From: Snowella sp.
Lineage (GTDB): Bacteria > Cyanobacteriota > Cyanobacteriia > Cyanobacteriales > Microcystaceae
Direction: 5' to 3'
Length of the DNA stretch: 24,202 nucleotides
NCBI GenBank assembly: GCA_035285545.1
Contig: JAYKGY010000144.1
Coordinates: 1 to 24,202 of the forward strand
Shown: piece after piece, positions 15,792 through 24,202 of the stretch
Layout: every line of letters begins with the position of its first letter
How positions within the stretch are numbered: the stretch's first letter is position 1
Position numbers and translations under genes: made by a program
The notes under the pieces: model-generated
Databases searched by the model: none
What the model was told of the DNA's origin: nothing
The model's input: only the letters and a program-made list of their open reading frames with translations

Positions 15792-17192
15792 ATGAATCCC
15801 CATTCCCCCCATAGCCACGAATTATCGCTCTATCAACTGGTTCATGAATTCAGTCCAAATGCTTCTCCCTTAGTCGTTAGTCCTCGAAATTTTCAAGGGT
15901 TAATTCAGGGGGTCATTCATTGTTGCCGAGAAAGAAAGCTGCCATCGACGTTATGGGTCAAGTTACCGACTGATCCGACTTGGGTAGAGGAAATTGATCA
16001 GTATTACCAAGAAGGCTTAACGAATCAAATTTATTATTGCAGTATCAGTGAGCAGGGAAAAAATGCTAGCGATCGCGGTCGTTTAAATCGGGGAAGCCTG
16101 CCAGAAAGAATCAGTCAAGTTGTGTTAGAAGCCAGTGCCCAACTGCAACACGAATTTTTTTTTCTCATCCTCTCTCCCCAGTTAGCTAGCGTTTTCGTCG
16201 CCCAGGAAATTATCCCCACGGATAAGGAAGGTAGTAGTGCAGAGAAATCCCTCAAATTGCTGGTAAGTTTCGTTCCAGAGGTGATCAACCGTTTTCTAGA
16301 AGAACTGAAAGGATTGGTGACGATTACGGATAGTACCCCGGAAGAATTAACAGCAGATGCGGTTTTAAGTTTTCCTTTACCTCAACGCATTCAAGCCGAT
16401 TTGCTGACTCCATTGTTTCAGGCTCAACTCTCTCAATTAGCGGCCTTATCGACAACCGATCTACCAGTTTTAACGAAAAAAAGCCATCTCAAGCCTGTAC
16501 AGGAGTTATTTGGTTCGGATGAAGACTTTTTGCTCAATATGACGCGGGAATTAAGCCTACCCCTAACCAATATGAAAACGGCTTTGCGGTTACTGGATTC
16601 GATGCAAAATAAGCGGGAGCAACGGCAACGTTACCTAGATTTACTGCAACGGGAATGCGATCGCCAAAATTTATTAATTAGCGGCCTACAGGAATTTATC
16701 CAACTCAACCATCCTCTAGACGAAAAAGATACCAGTGTACGGCTAGAAGATGCGGTACCCGGAATTGTCAGCACCTATCAACCCATTGCCGAAGAGAAAG
16801 GAATTTCCTTGGGCTATACCATTCCCGCAGGTTTTCCGGCGATTAATTGTCCTAGCTCCTGGTTGCGCCTTATTCTCCATCATTTACTCCACAATAGTCT
16901 CAAATTTACCAAACCGCCAGGACGGGTGTATGTGCAGTCAACCCTGAAGGGACAAAATATTGAACTGACGGTCAGTGATGGGGGTGTCGGCATTGATAGC
17001 AGCGATATTCCCTATATTTTTGGGAGTTTTTATCGGGGACGTAACGCCATGACTCCCGAATTAGCGGGGGCCGGTTTGGGGTTAGCGACGGTTAAATTGT
17101 TGGTTGAACGCTGCGGGGCTTCCATTACCGTCAACAGTCATGTGGGGAAAGGAACGATTTTTCGGATGTTATTTCCCATTGCGATCACCTAA
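15792..17192 (+). CDS. Soluble DICT-type sensor histidine kinase-like protein (H-box His absent)
   Basis: N-terminal DICT-like region (LWVKLP; EFFFLILSP), HisKA-like RELSLPLTNMKTAL, HATPase boxes N (LLHNSLKFT), G1 (SDGGVGI), F (IFGSFYR) and G2 (GAGLGL). Confidence 0.85.
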   Translation: MNPHSPHSHELSLYQLVHEFSPNASPLVVSPRNFQGLIQGVIHCCRERKLPSTLWVKLPTDPTWVEEIDQYYQEGLTNQIYYCSISEQGKNASDRGRLNRGSLPERISQVVLEASAQLQHEFFFLILSPQLASVFVAQEIIPTDKEGSSAEKSLKLLVSFVPEVINRFLEELKGLVTITDSTPEELTADAVLSFPLPQRIQADLLTPLFQAQLSQLAALSTTDLPVLTKKSHLKPVQELFGSDEDFLLNMTRELSLPLTNMKTALRLLDSMQNKREQRQRYLDLLQRECDRQNLLISGLQEFIQLNHPLDEKDTSVRLEDAVPGIVSTYQPIAEEKGISLGYTIPAGFPAINCPSSWLRLILHHLLHNSLKFTKPPGRVYVQSTLKGQNIELTVSDGGVGIDSSDIPYIFGSFYRGRNAMTPELAGAGLGLATVKLLVERCGASITVNSHVGKGTIFRMLFPIAIT

Positions 17193-17199
17193 ATTTGAT

Positions 17200-18843
17200 T
17201 TAACAGGGAACCGTCCACCAGCGATCGCCTTGAATCAAGGTATGGACTTTCCACTCATCAGAGGGGGTCGGATAGTCGAGACGGTAATGGCCACCTCGGC
17301 TTTCTTGGCGAAAGAGGGCACTTTTGAGAATTAAATTGGCAATATCCAATAAACTGCGAGTTTCTGCCCAGGCACGGAGTTCAGTTTCACTAACAGATTG
17401 AGAAAAATAAACGGTCTGACGGGGCGTTAACTGTTCGATAAATTGGGTGATGGCCAGTTGAGCAAAGGTTTCTTGCCATTCCGCCACTTGCGCGATCGCG
17501 GTTTTTAAACCTGTTTCCGTTCGACAGATGCCCGCATAATGCCACATCAGGATCGGTAAAGTTTCTCGAAGGTTTTGTAAAAATGCTTGATCGGCTGACC
17601 AGTTTAGATCAATCGTGACAGGTGTTAGGGACTGCTCTGGTAAAGTGATGGGTTGCAGATCAATCTGCTTTAACTGGCTGGCAAAAACAATACATTCTAA
17701 AAGGGAATTACTGGCTAACCGATTGGCACCATGAACACCCGTACTAGTGGTTTCCCCAATGGCATATAACCCTGGGATCGAAGTCCGACACTGGACATCC
17801 GTTAAGATTCCCCCCATCCAATAGTGGGCCGCAGGCACAACGGGGATCGGTTCCTTAAAAACATTAATGCCATACTGCTGACAGCGTTTAATAATATTGG
17901 GAAACCGTCGTTGGATGCGTGCGGGTTCAATGGGGCTTAAATCGAGATACACTTTCGCCTGGGCGGGATCGCTTTCGGTTTTTTCTAAATGTAAAAAGAT
18001 CGCTCGGCTGACCACATCCCTGGGGGCTAGTTCCCCTTGGGGGTGATAATCAAAGGCAAAACGGTGTCCTGTGCGATCGCGTAAAAAGGCCCCTTCCCCC
18101 CGTACTGCTTCACTAATTAAAAAATGGGGCGCACCGTCTTTCGTTAAGGCCGTTGGATGAAATTGAAAAAATTCCAGATCCCGCAATTGGGCCCCTGCTC
18201 GCCAGGCCAAAGAAACCCCATCCCCTGTACTCACCGCAGGATTCGTCGTTTGGGCAAAAACCTGACCACCGCCCCCTGTCGCTAATAGCACGGCTCCTGC
18301 ACTAAACCATTCAATGCAATTTTGATGGAGTAAACTTAACCCTCGGCAGTTTCCCGTTGTTGGATCACAATCAAGGTTAAGCGCGATCGCTTGGGAGAAA
18401 ATTTCCACATTGGGACGGTTTAACACCTGTTCCGTCAGGGTGCTGATAATGGCTCGTCCTGTCGTATCGGCAGCATGGAGTACCCTGGGTTGGGAGTGGG
18501 TCGCTTCTAGGGTTAGGGCTAAATCGGGCCCGTGATGATCAAAACTAACACCAAGTTGTAAAAGGGATTTAATTGCGTCGGGGGCCTTTTCCACTAAAAA
18601 ACGGACAGCTTCGGGGTCACACAGCCCTGCACCCGCAACGAGGGTATCTTGTAAATGATATTGGGGAGAATCCGTAGGCGCGATCGCGGCCGCAATCCCC
18701 CCCTGGGCCCAGTCACTGGCTCCTGTTTTCAATTCATCCTTGGTTACCAGGGCAATTTTTAAAGCAGTCGGTAAACACAAAATGGCATATAACCCTGCTG
18801 CTCCAGACCCGACCACGATCACATCAAACTGTCGTTCCGCCAT
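17200..18843 (-). CDS. nadB: L-aspartate oxidase
   Basis: FAD-binding VVGSGAAGL, SDWAQGGIAA, LEFFQFHPT, LISEAVRGEG, ELAPRDVV, PAAHYWMGG, GVHGANRLASNSLLE, RQESRGGHYR. Confidence 0.95.
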   Translation of the reverse strand: MAERQFDVIVVGSGAAGLYAILCLPTALKIALVTKDELKTGASDWAQGGIAAAIAPTDSPQYHLQDTLVAGAGLCDPEAVRFLVEKAPDAIKSLLQLGVSFDHHGPDLALTLEATHSQPRVLHAADTTGRAIISTLTEQVLNRPNVEIFSQAIALNLDCDPTTGNCRGLSLLHQNCIEWFSAGAVLLATGGGGQVFAQTTNPAVSTGDGVSLAWRAGAQLRDLEFFQFHPTALTKDGAPHFLISEAVRGEGAFLRDRTGHRFAFDYHPQGELAPRDVVSRAIFLHLEKTESDPAQAKVYLDLSPIEPARIQRRFPNIIKRCQQYGINVFKEPIPVVPAAHYWMGGILTDVQCRTSIPGLYAIGETTSTGVHGANRLASNSLLECIVFASQLKQIDLQPITLPEQSLTPVTIDLNWSADQAFLQNLRETLPILMWHYAGICRTETGLKTAIAQVAEWQETFAQLAITQFIEQLTPRQTVYFSQSVSETELRAWAETRSLLDIANLILKSALFRQESRGGHYRLDYPTPSDEWKVHTLIQGDRWWTVPC

Positions 18844-18893
18844 CGAGACAACCTAACCCCAAAAAAGCTATTTTCTTAGCCTACCCGTTTCTG

Positions 18894-19319
18894 TTACCTA
18901 TCGGTATTGATGACTAAAACTGAGCAGGGAGCCTCTGCAACCACTTGACTACTCACAGAATCATTGAGAATGCGCTCTACTCCTTTTAAACCGCGAGTTC
19001 CCACAATAATTAAATCGCTATGATAAATATTGGCTAATCGCAAGATTTCCTCAACGGGATCGCCGGCAATAATTTCGATTTCGCTTTTGGGGATTCTTTG
19101 TTGATAGGTTTCTAGGCTGGTTTTGGCCCATTCATATCGGTCTGAGGAGAACTGATGGGGGCGATCGGGATCATCCACCGCTTCATTGTCTGGCGGAAAA
19201 ACATGACAGAGGATAACCTTGGTTTTGGCAGACATCCGTAGCGAGTTCAAACTTTTTAACACCGATTCTGACGCGGGAGAACAATCGAGTGCAAGCAGAA
19301 TGGAGTTGAACATTGTCAT
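18894..19319 (-). CDS. Universal stress protein (UspA family)
   Basis: ILLALDCS, GDPVEEIL, DLIIVGTRGLKG, SVSSQVVAEAPCSVLVI. Confidence 0.9.
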   Translation of the reverse strand: MTMFNSILLALDCSPASESVLKSLNSLRMSAKTKVILCHVFPPDNEAVDDPDRPHQFSSDRYEWAKTSLETYQQRIPKSEIEIIAGDPVEEILRLANIYHSDLIIVGTRGLKGVERILNDSVSSQVVAEAPCSVLVINTDR

Positions 19320-19417
19320 GTTTTCCTAGAGTTGGGAAACTTTTATTGTAAAGTTCTCTAGCAGGAGAGAGTTTAGACAGTAATAAAAATTTATTTTTAG
19401 CAAAAATTCTTGATCTT

Positions 19418-20107
19418 CTAAGCCTTAGCGATACTTAATTTCAATTGTAAGCGTTTAACCAACTGGGAGAGAATAAAACTCATCAGGAAATAAACAACCG
19501 CGACAAAACTATACATCTCGATCAGACGGCTATCCCGTTGGGCAATCTTAGAAGCCGCTCCTAAAAAGTCGGTTCCTGAAATGACATAAACCAAGGAAGT
19601 GTCTTGAAATAAAATAATGGTCTGGGTTAACAATACAGGCAACATATTCCGAAACGCCTGGGGCAAAATGACATAAAGCATTTGCTGAGGATAGGTAAAC
19701 CCCAAGGCTTTAGCGGCTCCCACCTGACCCGTCGGAATCGATTGAATGCCTGCTCGAATAATTTCGCAATAATAGGCAATTTCAAACAGGGTAAAGCTGA
19801 TATAGGCCGTTTGATCCGGGCCTACTGATACAGGATCAGGCGATTGAAGAAGCCATTGAGCCAATACCGGAACGAGAAAGTAAAACCAAAAAATGACCAA
19901 TACTAAGGGAATCGATCGCATTAAGTTGACATAGGCCGTTGCCGCAATTTCCAGCGGTTTAATGGAGGATAATCGGGCCAGAGCTAATAATGAGCCAAAA
20001 ATGATCCCCCCTGTCATCGCGGTTGCCGTTAACTTGAGGGTATATTGCATTCCTTGCCACAGGTAGGGCAGCGATCGCGTAATCACCTCAAAATCAAAAT
20101 CACCCAT
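19418..20107 (-). CDS. gltK: Glutamate/aspartate ABC transporter permease GltK-like
   Basis: MGDFDF start (ATG 20107, right after the gltJ stop), YVNLMRSIPLVLVIFWFY, EIIRAGIQSIP.GQ, ILPQAFRNMLP, QTIILFQDTSLVYVI. Confidence 0.85.
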   Translation of the reverse strand: MGDFDFEVITRSLPYLWQGMQYTLKLTATAMTGGIIFGSLLALARLSSIKPLEIAATAYVNLMRSIPLVLVIFWFYFLVPVLAQWLLQSPDPVSVGPDQTAYISFTLFEIAYYCEIIRAGIQSIPTGQVGAAKALGFTYPQQMLYVILPQAFRNMLPVLLTQTIILFQDTSLVYVISGTDFLGAASKIAQRDSRLIEMYSFVAVVYFLMSFILSQLVKRLQLKLSIAKA

Positions 20108-20108
20108 C

Positions 20109-20846
20109 TTAACGCCCCTGTAAATACCCTGGAATTTGGCTTTTCTGTTCAATCCAAGCCATCAAACGATTAGCCGTTAACGCCACCCCAATATAGAGAA
20201 TGGTCACCACGCTAAAAACCTCAAATCCTTGAAAAGTATATTCATTCATCTGTTTCGCCACTGCTGTTAGTTCTAACATCCCAATCGTTAAGGCAACGGA
20301 AGAATTCTTAAAAATATTCATCAGTTCACTGGTCAGGGGGGGAATCATAATGCGAAAAGCAACGGGTAACAGAACGTAACGATAGACCTGGGGCAAAGTA
20401 AACCCAATAGCTAGCCCTGCCCCTTTTTGTCCCACAGGAATCGACAAAATCCCTGCTTTCACCTGTTCTGCAATCCGTGCTGAGGTAAAAAACGCCAGAC
20501 TAATCACCGCAGTGGTAAATTCGGGCAGCGGCATCTCCTGTTTAACCCAATCTCCCATCGCAGTCGGTAACAAATCGGGAAAAACGAAAAACCAGAGAAA
20601 CATCTGCACAATCAGGGGAATATTGCGAAACAGTTCTACATAGGCATCACCGAGCCAAACAATCCCCCGATTCGGTAGCGTCCGCCCGATCCCAACGATT
20701 ACCCCTAATATTAAGGCAATAATCCAGGCACAAAGGGAGGTTGCCACTGTCCAACCTAAACCCGCAAGTAGCCACTGATAATATTTTTCGCTCCCCGTTG
20801 CCACTTCATCAAAAAAAACGAGCCAATTCCAGTGGTAATTATTCAT
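20109..20846 (-). CDS. gltJ: Glutamate/aspartate ABC transporter permease GltJ-like
   Basis: YHWNW.VFF, YVELFRNIPLIVQMFLWFF, TSARIAEQVKAGI, YRYVLLP.AFR..IPPLTSE..NIFKNSSVA. Confidence 0.87.
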   Translation of the reverse strand: MNNYHWNWLVFFDEVATGSEKYYQWLLAGLGWTVATSLCAWIIALILGVIVGIGRTLPNRGIVWLGDAYVELFRNIPLIVQMFLWFFVFPDLLPTAMGDWVKQEMPLPEFTTAVISLAFFTSARIAEQVKAGILSIPVGQKGAGLAIGFTLPQVYRYVLLPVAFRIMIPPLTSELMNIFKNSSVALTIGMLELTAVAKQMNEYTFQGFEVFSVVTILYIGVALTANRLMAWIEQKSQIPGYLQGR

Positions 20847-20862
20847 TATTCTAAAAAGCTAA

Positions 20863-21789
20863 TTAAACGCCTTTATCGGTTGGATTTTTAACAGCCTCTT
20901 TTAATTTGGGACTCATCGGTAAATTCATATTAATACCTTTAGGCGGAATCGGTTTCGTAAACCATTTGCTGTAAATCGTGTTGATTTGACCCGTTTTCAT
21001 TAAATTTTTGAGAGTATTATCAACCACTGCTTTAAACTGGGGATCATTTTTCCGCATCATTAAGCCATAGGGTTCAACGGATAAGGAAGGGCCAACGATC
21101 GCGAAACTTTTAGGATTTTTGGATTGGGCAATTAAGCCTGCTAATAACACATCATCCATGACAAACGCTTGGGCCCGTCCCGATTCCAGCATCAGGAAAG
21201 ATTCCGCGTGATCCTTGCCATAAACGTTTTTAACATTGATTTTTTGCCCTTTTTCATTTTGTTTGATGTAGCGGTCAGAGGTCGTTCCTGTGGTGGTGAC
21301 AACGGCTTTTCCATCTAGATCGGATAGGTTTTTGATGCCTGAATTCGCTTTAACCGCCATCCGAACTGAGGTGACGAAAGGAGCCACACTAAACGCCACT
21401 TGTTTTTGTCTTTCCACTGTGTTGGTTGTTGAACCACATTCTAGATCAATCGTCCCATTGGCCATTAAAGGAATACGGTTTTGAGAAGTGACAGGATTGG
21501 TTTTAACTCGTAAATTCGGCATTTTAAGTTGCTTTTTCACTGAATCCACTACCTTCATACACAAATCCATCGAATATCCCACAGGCTGTTGGTTATTGTC
21601 CAAGTAGGAAAAGGGAATGGAGGATTCCCTAATGCCTAAAACGATCGCCCCTGAATCTTTAATTTTTTTCAAGGTTCCTGTTGACTCATTCATCTGAGCA
21701 TCACTCTGATTGCTCTGGGTCGCCACAATAACCGCGATCGCGCCGATGACAGCAGCCGCACCAAGGGATAAATAGGTTTTATTGACCAT
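20863..21789 (-). CDS. gltI: Glutamate/aspartate ABC transporter substrate-binding protein GltI-like
   Basis: TLKKIK...RESSIPFSY, VTSQNRIPL..NGTIDLECGSTTN..ERQKQVAFS, KDHAESF, AFVMDDVLL, KWF.KPIPPK, all characteristic of E. coli-type GltI. N-terminal hydrophobic leader and RBS AGGAG. Confidence 0.9.
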   Translation of the reverse strand: MVNKTYLSLGAAAVIGAIAVIVATQSNQSDAQMNESTGTLKKIKDSGAIVLGIRESSIPFSYLDNNQQPVGYSMDLCMKVVDSVKKQLKMPNLRVKTNPVTSQNRIPLMANGTIDLECGSTTNTVERQKQVAFSVAPFVTSVRMAVKANSGIKNLSDLDGKAVVTTTGTTSDRYIKQNEKGQKINVKNVYGKDHAESFLMLESGRAQAFVMDDVLLAGLIAQSKNPKSFAIVGPSLSVEPYGLMMRKNDPQFKAVVDNTLKNLMKTGQINTIYSKWFTKPIPPKGINMNLPMSPKLKEAVKNPTDKGV

Positions 21790-21893
21790 GAAACAATCTC
21801 CTGTTTTTTTAAAACACTGAATTTTTCTTGCTTGATTTATCTGGTTAATTTAAATTAATCAGCTTGCTTGTTGCCCTTTCAATTTAACTTGTC

Positions 21894-22928
21894 TTAATTC
21901 GCGATCGCTTGTTCAATCTTTGCTTGACTTAATGCCTTACCAATAAAAACCAGTTTAGTTTGCTTGATTTCATCGGGTTGCCAACGACGATCATAGAAAA
22001 CATCAAAGCGATCGCCGACTCCTTGCAACACTAAACGCATGGGTTTATTGGGCACATGGACAAAACCCTTAATGCGATAAATTTCTTCTTGGTTAACTAA
22101 TTTTTTTAACCGTTGCGTTAACACTTGCGGATCATAGGCTTCTGTTTGAATCACCTGCACCGAATTAATTTCATCATCGTGATCGTGCTCTTCTTCCTGG
22201 TCATGGTGGCTAGGGCGGCTCTCCAAATTATCTTCAACGGCAGCGTTAAAGCCCAATAATACTTCTGGGTTAATTTCTCCCTGTTGACACGGCACAATTT
22301 TCACCCCAGGGCGTAATTCCTTTTCTAAAAAGTTTTTAACCTCAGTTAATTGCTCTGCTGAAATCAAATCGGTTTTGGTGAGTAACACTAAATCTGCACA
22401 GGCTAACTGGTCTTCAAACAATTCTTCAATGGGGGTTTCGTGTTCTAAACTATCATCGGCGGCTCGTTGTGCTTCTAAGGCGGCTAAATCTCCCACTAAG
22501 GTTCCTTGGGCTAATGCCTGACTATCCACAACTGTTACCACACCATCCACCGTTGCACCATTGCGAATTTCGGGCCAACGAAAGGCTTGGACTAAAGGTT
22601 TGGGTAAGGCCAGCCCAGAGGTTTCAATCACCATGCAATCTAGCTGTTCTCGTCGGGTCAGTAGCTTTTGCATAAGGGGAAAAAATTCTTCCTGCACCGT
22701 ACAGCACAAACAGCCGTTGGTCATTTCAATAATTTGGCTATTAGGAACATCGGGTTCATCACACACTTGGCAATCTCTCAGCAATTCACCATCAATGCCC
22801 ACATCGCCAAATTCATTCACTAAAACAGCAATGCGCCGCCCCTGGTTGTTTTGCAACAAGTTACGAACCAGGGTGGTTTTTCCTGCGCCCAGAAAGCCTG
22901 TAACGACGGTAACGGGAATTTTGTGCAT
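21894..22928 (-). CDS. cobW: Cobalamin biosynthesis GTPase CobW (COG0523)
   Basis: KIPVTVVTGFLGAGKTT, VNEFGDVGIDG, NGCLCCTVQEEF, ETSGLALPKPLVQAFRWP, His/acidic stretch SHHDQEEEHDHDDE, KPMRLVLQGVG. Confidence 0.92.
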   Translation of the reverse strand: MHKIPVTVVTGFLGAGKTTLVRNLLQNNQGRRIAVLVNEFGDVGIDGELLRDCQVCDEPDVPNSQIIEMTNGCLCCTVQEEFFPLMQKLLTRREQLDCMVIETSGLALPKPLVQAFRWPEIRNGATVDGVVTVVDSQALAQGTLVGDLAALEAQRAADDSLEHETPIEELFEDQLACADLVLLTKTDLISAEQLTEVKNFLEKELRPGVKIVPCQQGEINPEVLLGFNAAVEDNLESRPSHHDQEEEHDHDDEINSVQVIQTEAYDPQVLTQRLKKLVNQEEIYRIKGFVHVPNKPMRLVLQGVGDRFDVFYDRRWQPDEIKQTKLVFIGKALSQAKIEQAIAN

Positions 22929-23038
22929 GAAATCTTATCAAATTTGAACCATCTAACAGTATAGTCGAGCCGCGATCGCTGTTTAGACTCAAGACCTCTA
23001 AGCGCGATCGCTTGTTAGAATCGATAAATTCATAACCC

Positions 23039-23578
23039 ATGAAAAATCCTGACATGGCAACGACCGCAGACGACGTTTGGCAAATCCTCGCCGAATTAGC
23101 AGAAGCCCAAAAAGAAACCAAAAAACTGTTCCAAGAAACCGACAGACGTTTTCAGGAAACCGAACGGTTAATTAAAGAACAAAATCGCCAACTTAATGAG
23201 CAACTGGGAAAATTGGGTAATCGATTAGGGGAATTTGTCGAATGGCAGGTTAGACCCGCTGTTATCCGTCTATTTCGAGAACGCGGTATTGATGTCCATG
23301 AATTTCATCCGGATATTTCTGTTCAACGGGAAACAGGCGGTATTGAAATTGATTTATTAGTAGTCAATGATACTGATGCCATTCTTGTAGAAGTTAAAAG
23401 CAAATTAGCCCAAGCTGATGTGGATGAACACCTAGAACGTCTCAGTCAATTTAAACAACTGATGCCTCGTTATGCGGATGTGAAAGCAATGGGAGCGGTG
23501 GCAGGAATGGTAGTTCCGTCTGAAGTGGCACGGTATGCCTATCGTGTAATCGTTCAGAGGAAGTGTAACAGCTACTGA
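23039..23578 (+). pseudogene. DUF3782-type PD-(D/E)XK nuclease-fold protein, C-terminally truncated by IS insertion
   Basis: Coiled-coil FQETDRRFQETER repeats, LGNRLGEFVE, EIDLL...VEVK. After YAYR (23545) the frame reads into the IS66 end (VIVQRKCNSY*) instead of the tail I recall for this family (GLFV...). The start may be ATG 23054. Confidence 0.72.
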
Positions 23579-23658
23579 GGTAACAAAGAAGGAGAAGTGG
23601 TTCCTTTGCGATTAGCTCTAACTGCGTCAGTCATAAATTCTAGGACATTGCGATTCTG
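23546..23658 (-). mobile_element. Terminal fragment of IS66-family element (transposase C-terminus plus end)
   Basis: End sequence GTAATCGTTCAG at 23546. Minus-strand 23658-23572 translates QNRNVLEFMTDAVRANRKGTTSPSLLPQ*, typical of cyanobacterial IS66-family transposase C-termini. Confidence 0.75.
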
Positions 23659-24202
23659 CCCACATTCCGCTGTTTGAAGAGTGGGATAAAGAATTAAAAT
23701 GAAATGAAAAAAGAAGGAAGGGATTTCATCAATAATGAAAGTAGAAAATCTAGATCACCTGGGAATTGTAGCTGGATTGATAGATGAGATAGGAATAGTA
23801 GAGTTAATCAACGAAAAACTGGGAACAGACAGTCGAGAAAAAGTGAGTACAGGAGTAGTGGTCAAAGCGATGCTGCTCAATGGATTAGGGCGTGTATCAG
23901 CCCCCCTGTATCTATTCGAGCAGTTTTTTCAGGGAAAGGCAATAGAACATCTATTAGGAGAAGGGATAAAAGCGGAATATTTGAATGATGACCGCTTAGG
24001 AAAAAGCTTAGATGAACTGTATGAATCAGGATTGAGCGAAATCTTTGTAGCAATAAGCCTTCAAGCAGTCAATCGATTCGGAGTGAAACAAGAAACAGGG
24101 CACCTAGATTCGACCTCATTTCATGTAGAGGGAGAGTATGAAGAAACAGAGGAAAATCCAGAACCCGGAAGGATAGAAATTACCTACGGATATTCAAGAG
24201 AC
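23659..24202 (+). mobile_element. IS1634-family insertion sequence, left end (continues beyond window)
   Basis: Terminal CCCACATTCCGC at 23659 (plus or minus 1) exactly where the IS66 homology stops. Abrupt shift to purine-rich sequence with no HIP1 sites. Confidence 0.8.
23735..24202 (+). CDS. IS1634-family transposase, 5' part (DUF4277 N-terminus), partial
   Basis: Not in the ORF track because it is open at the window end. Translates MKVENLDHLGIVAGLIDEIGIVELINEKLG...KAMLLNGLG...LNDDRLGKSLDELY...HLDSTSFHVEGEY...ITYGYSRD. Confidence 0.9.
   Translation, partial: MKVENLDHLGIVAGLIDEIGIVELINEKLGTDSREKVSTGVVVKAMLLNGLGRVSAPLYLFEQFFQGKAIEHLLGEGIKAEYLNDDRLGKSLDELYESGLSEIFVAISLQAVNRFGVKQETGHLDSTSFHVEGEYEETEENPEPGRIEITYGYSRD

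Larger units (their letters stand above)
947..23011. repeat. Dispersed HIP1 octamers (GCGATCGC)
   Basis: About 30 copies counted by eye, e.g. 947, 3918, 17221, 21901, 22972, 23004. None seen in the IS region. Confidence 0.9.

Noticed and set aside
22929..23038. Cobalamin riboswitch upstream of cobW
   Set aside because: The 110-nt gap is too short and shows no B12-box-like sequence.
4515..23121. Short ORFs in the track overlapping larger genes (e.g. 4515-4700, 5052-5291, 7760-8110, 8263-8586, 10678-11253, 14678-14917, 22561-22947, 22861-23121)
   Set aside because: They are antisense or alternate-frame shadows of well-supported genes, with no recognisable motifs.

Overview
Cyanobacterial chromosomal window, judged from about 30 HIP1 GCGATCGC octamers (counted by eye) and from cytochrome c6, plant-type ferredoxin and CHASE2/DICT genes. 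Gene order from the left: a conserved hypothetical, an ABCD/BacA-YddA-type fused ABC transporter, two tandem cytochrome c6 paralogs (GAC-N5-GTC boxes upstream of both, MITE-like inverted repeats upstream of the second), moxR plus a DUF4350-type partner, and a three-gene unit of DUF928 protein, Cya2-type CHASE2 guanylyl cyclase and metallo-beta-lactamase-fold hydrolase. Then come an orphan HlyD adaptor, recQ, lipA, a 2Fe-2S ferredoxin, a DICT-type histidine kinase lacking the H-box His, nadB, a universal stress protein, a proteobacterial-type gltIJK cluster with no ATPase gene, and cobW. At the right end a DUF3782-type gene is truncated by an IS66-family element, which is itself interrupted by an IS1634-family element that runs off the window. 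The best candidates for undescribed biology are a self-contained cGMP synthesis/degradation module and the diverged cytochrome c6 pair. All family calls come from motif recognition and memory, not database searches.
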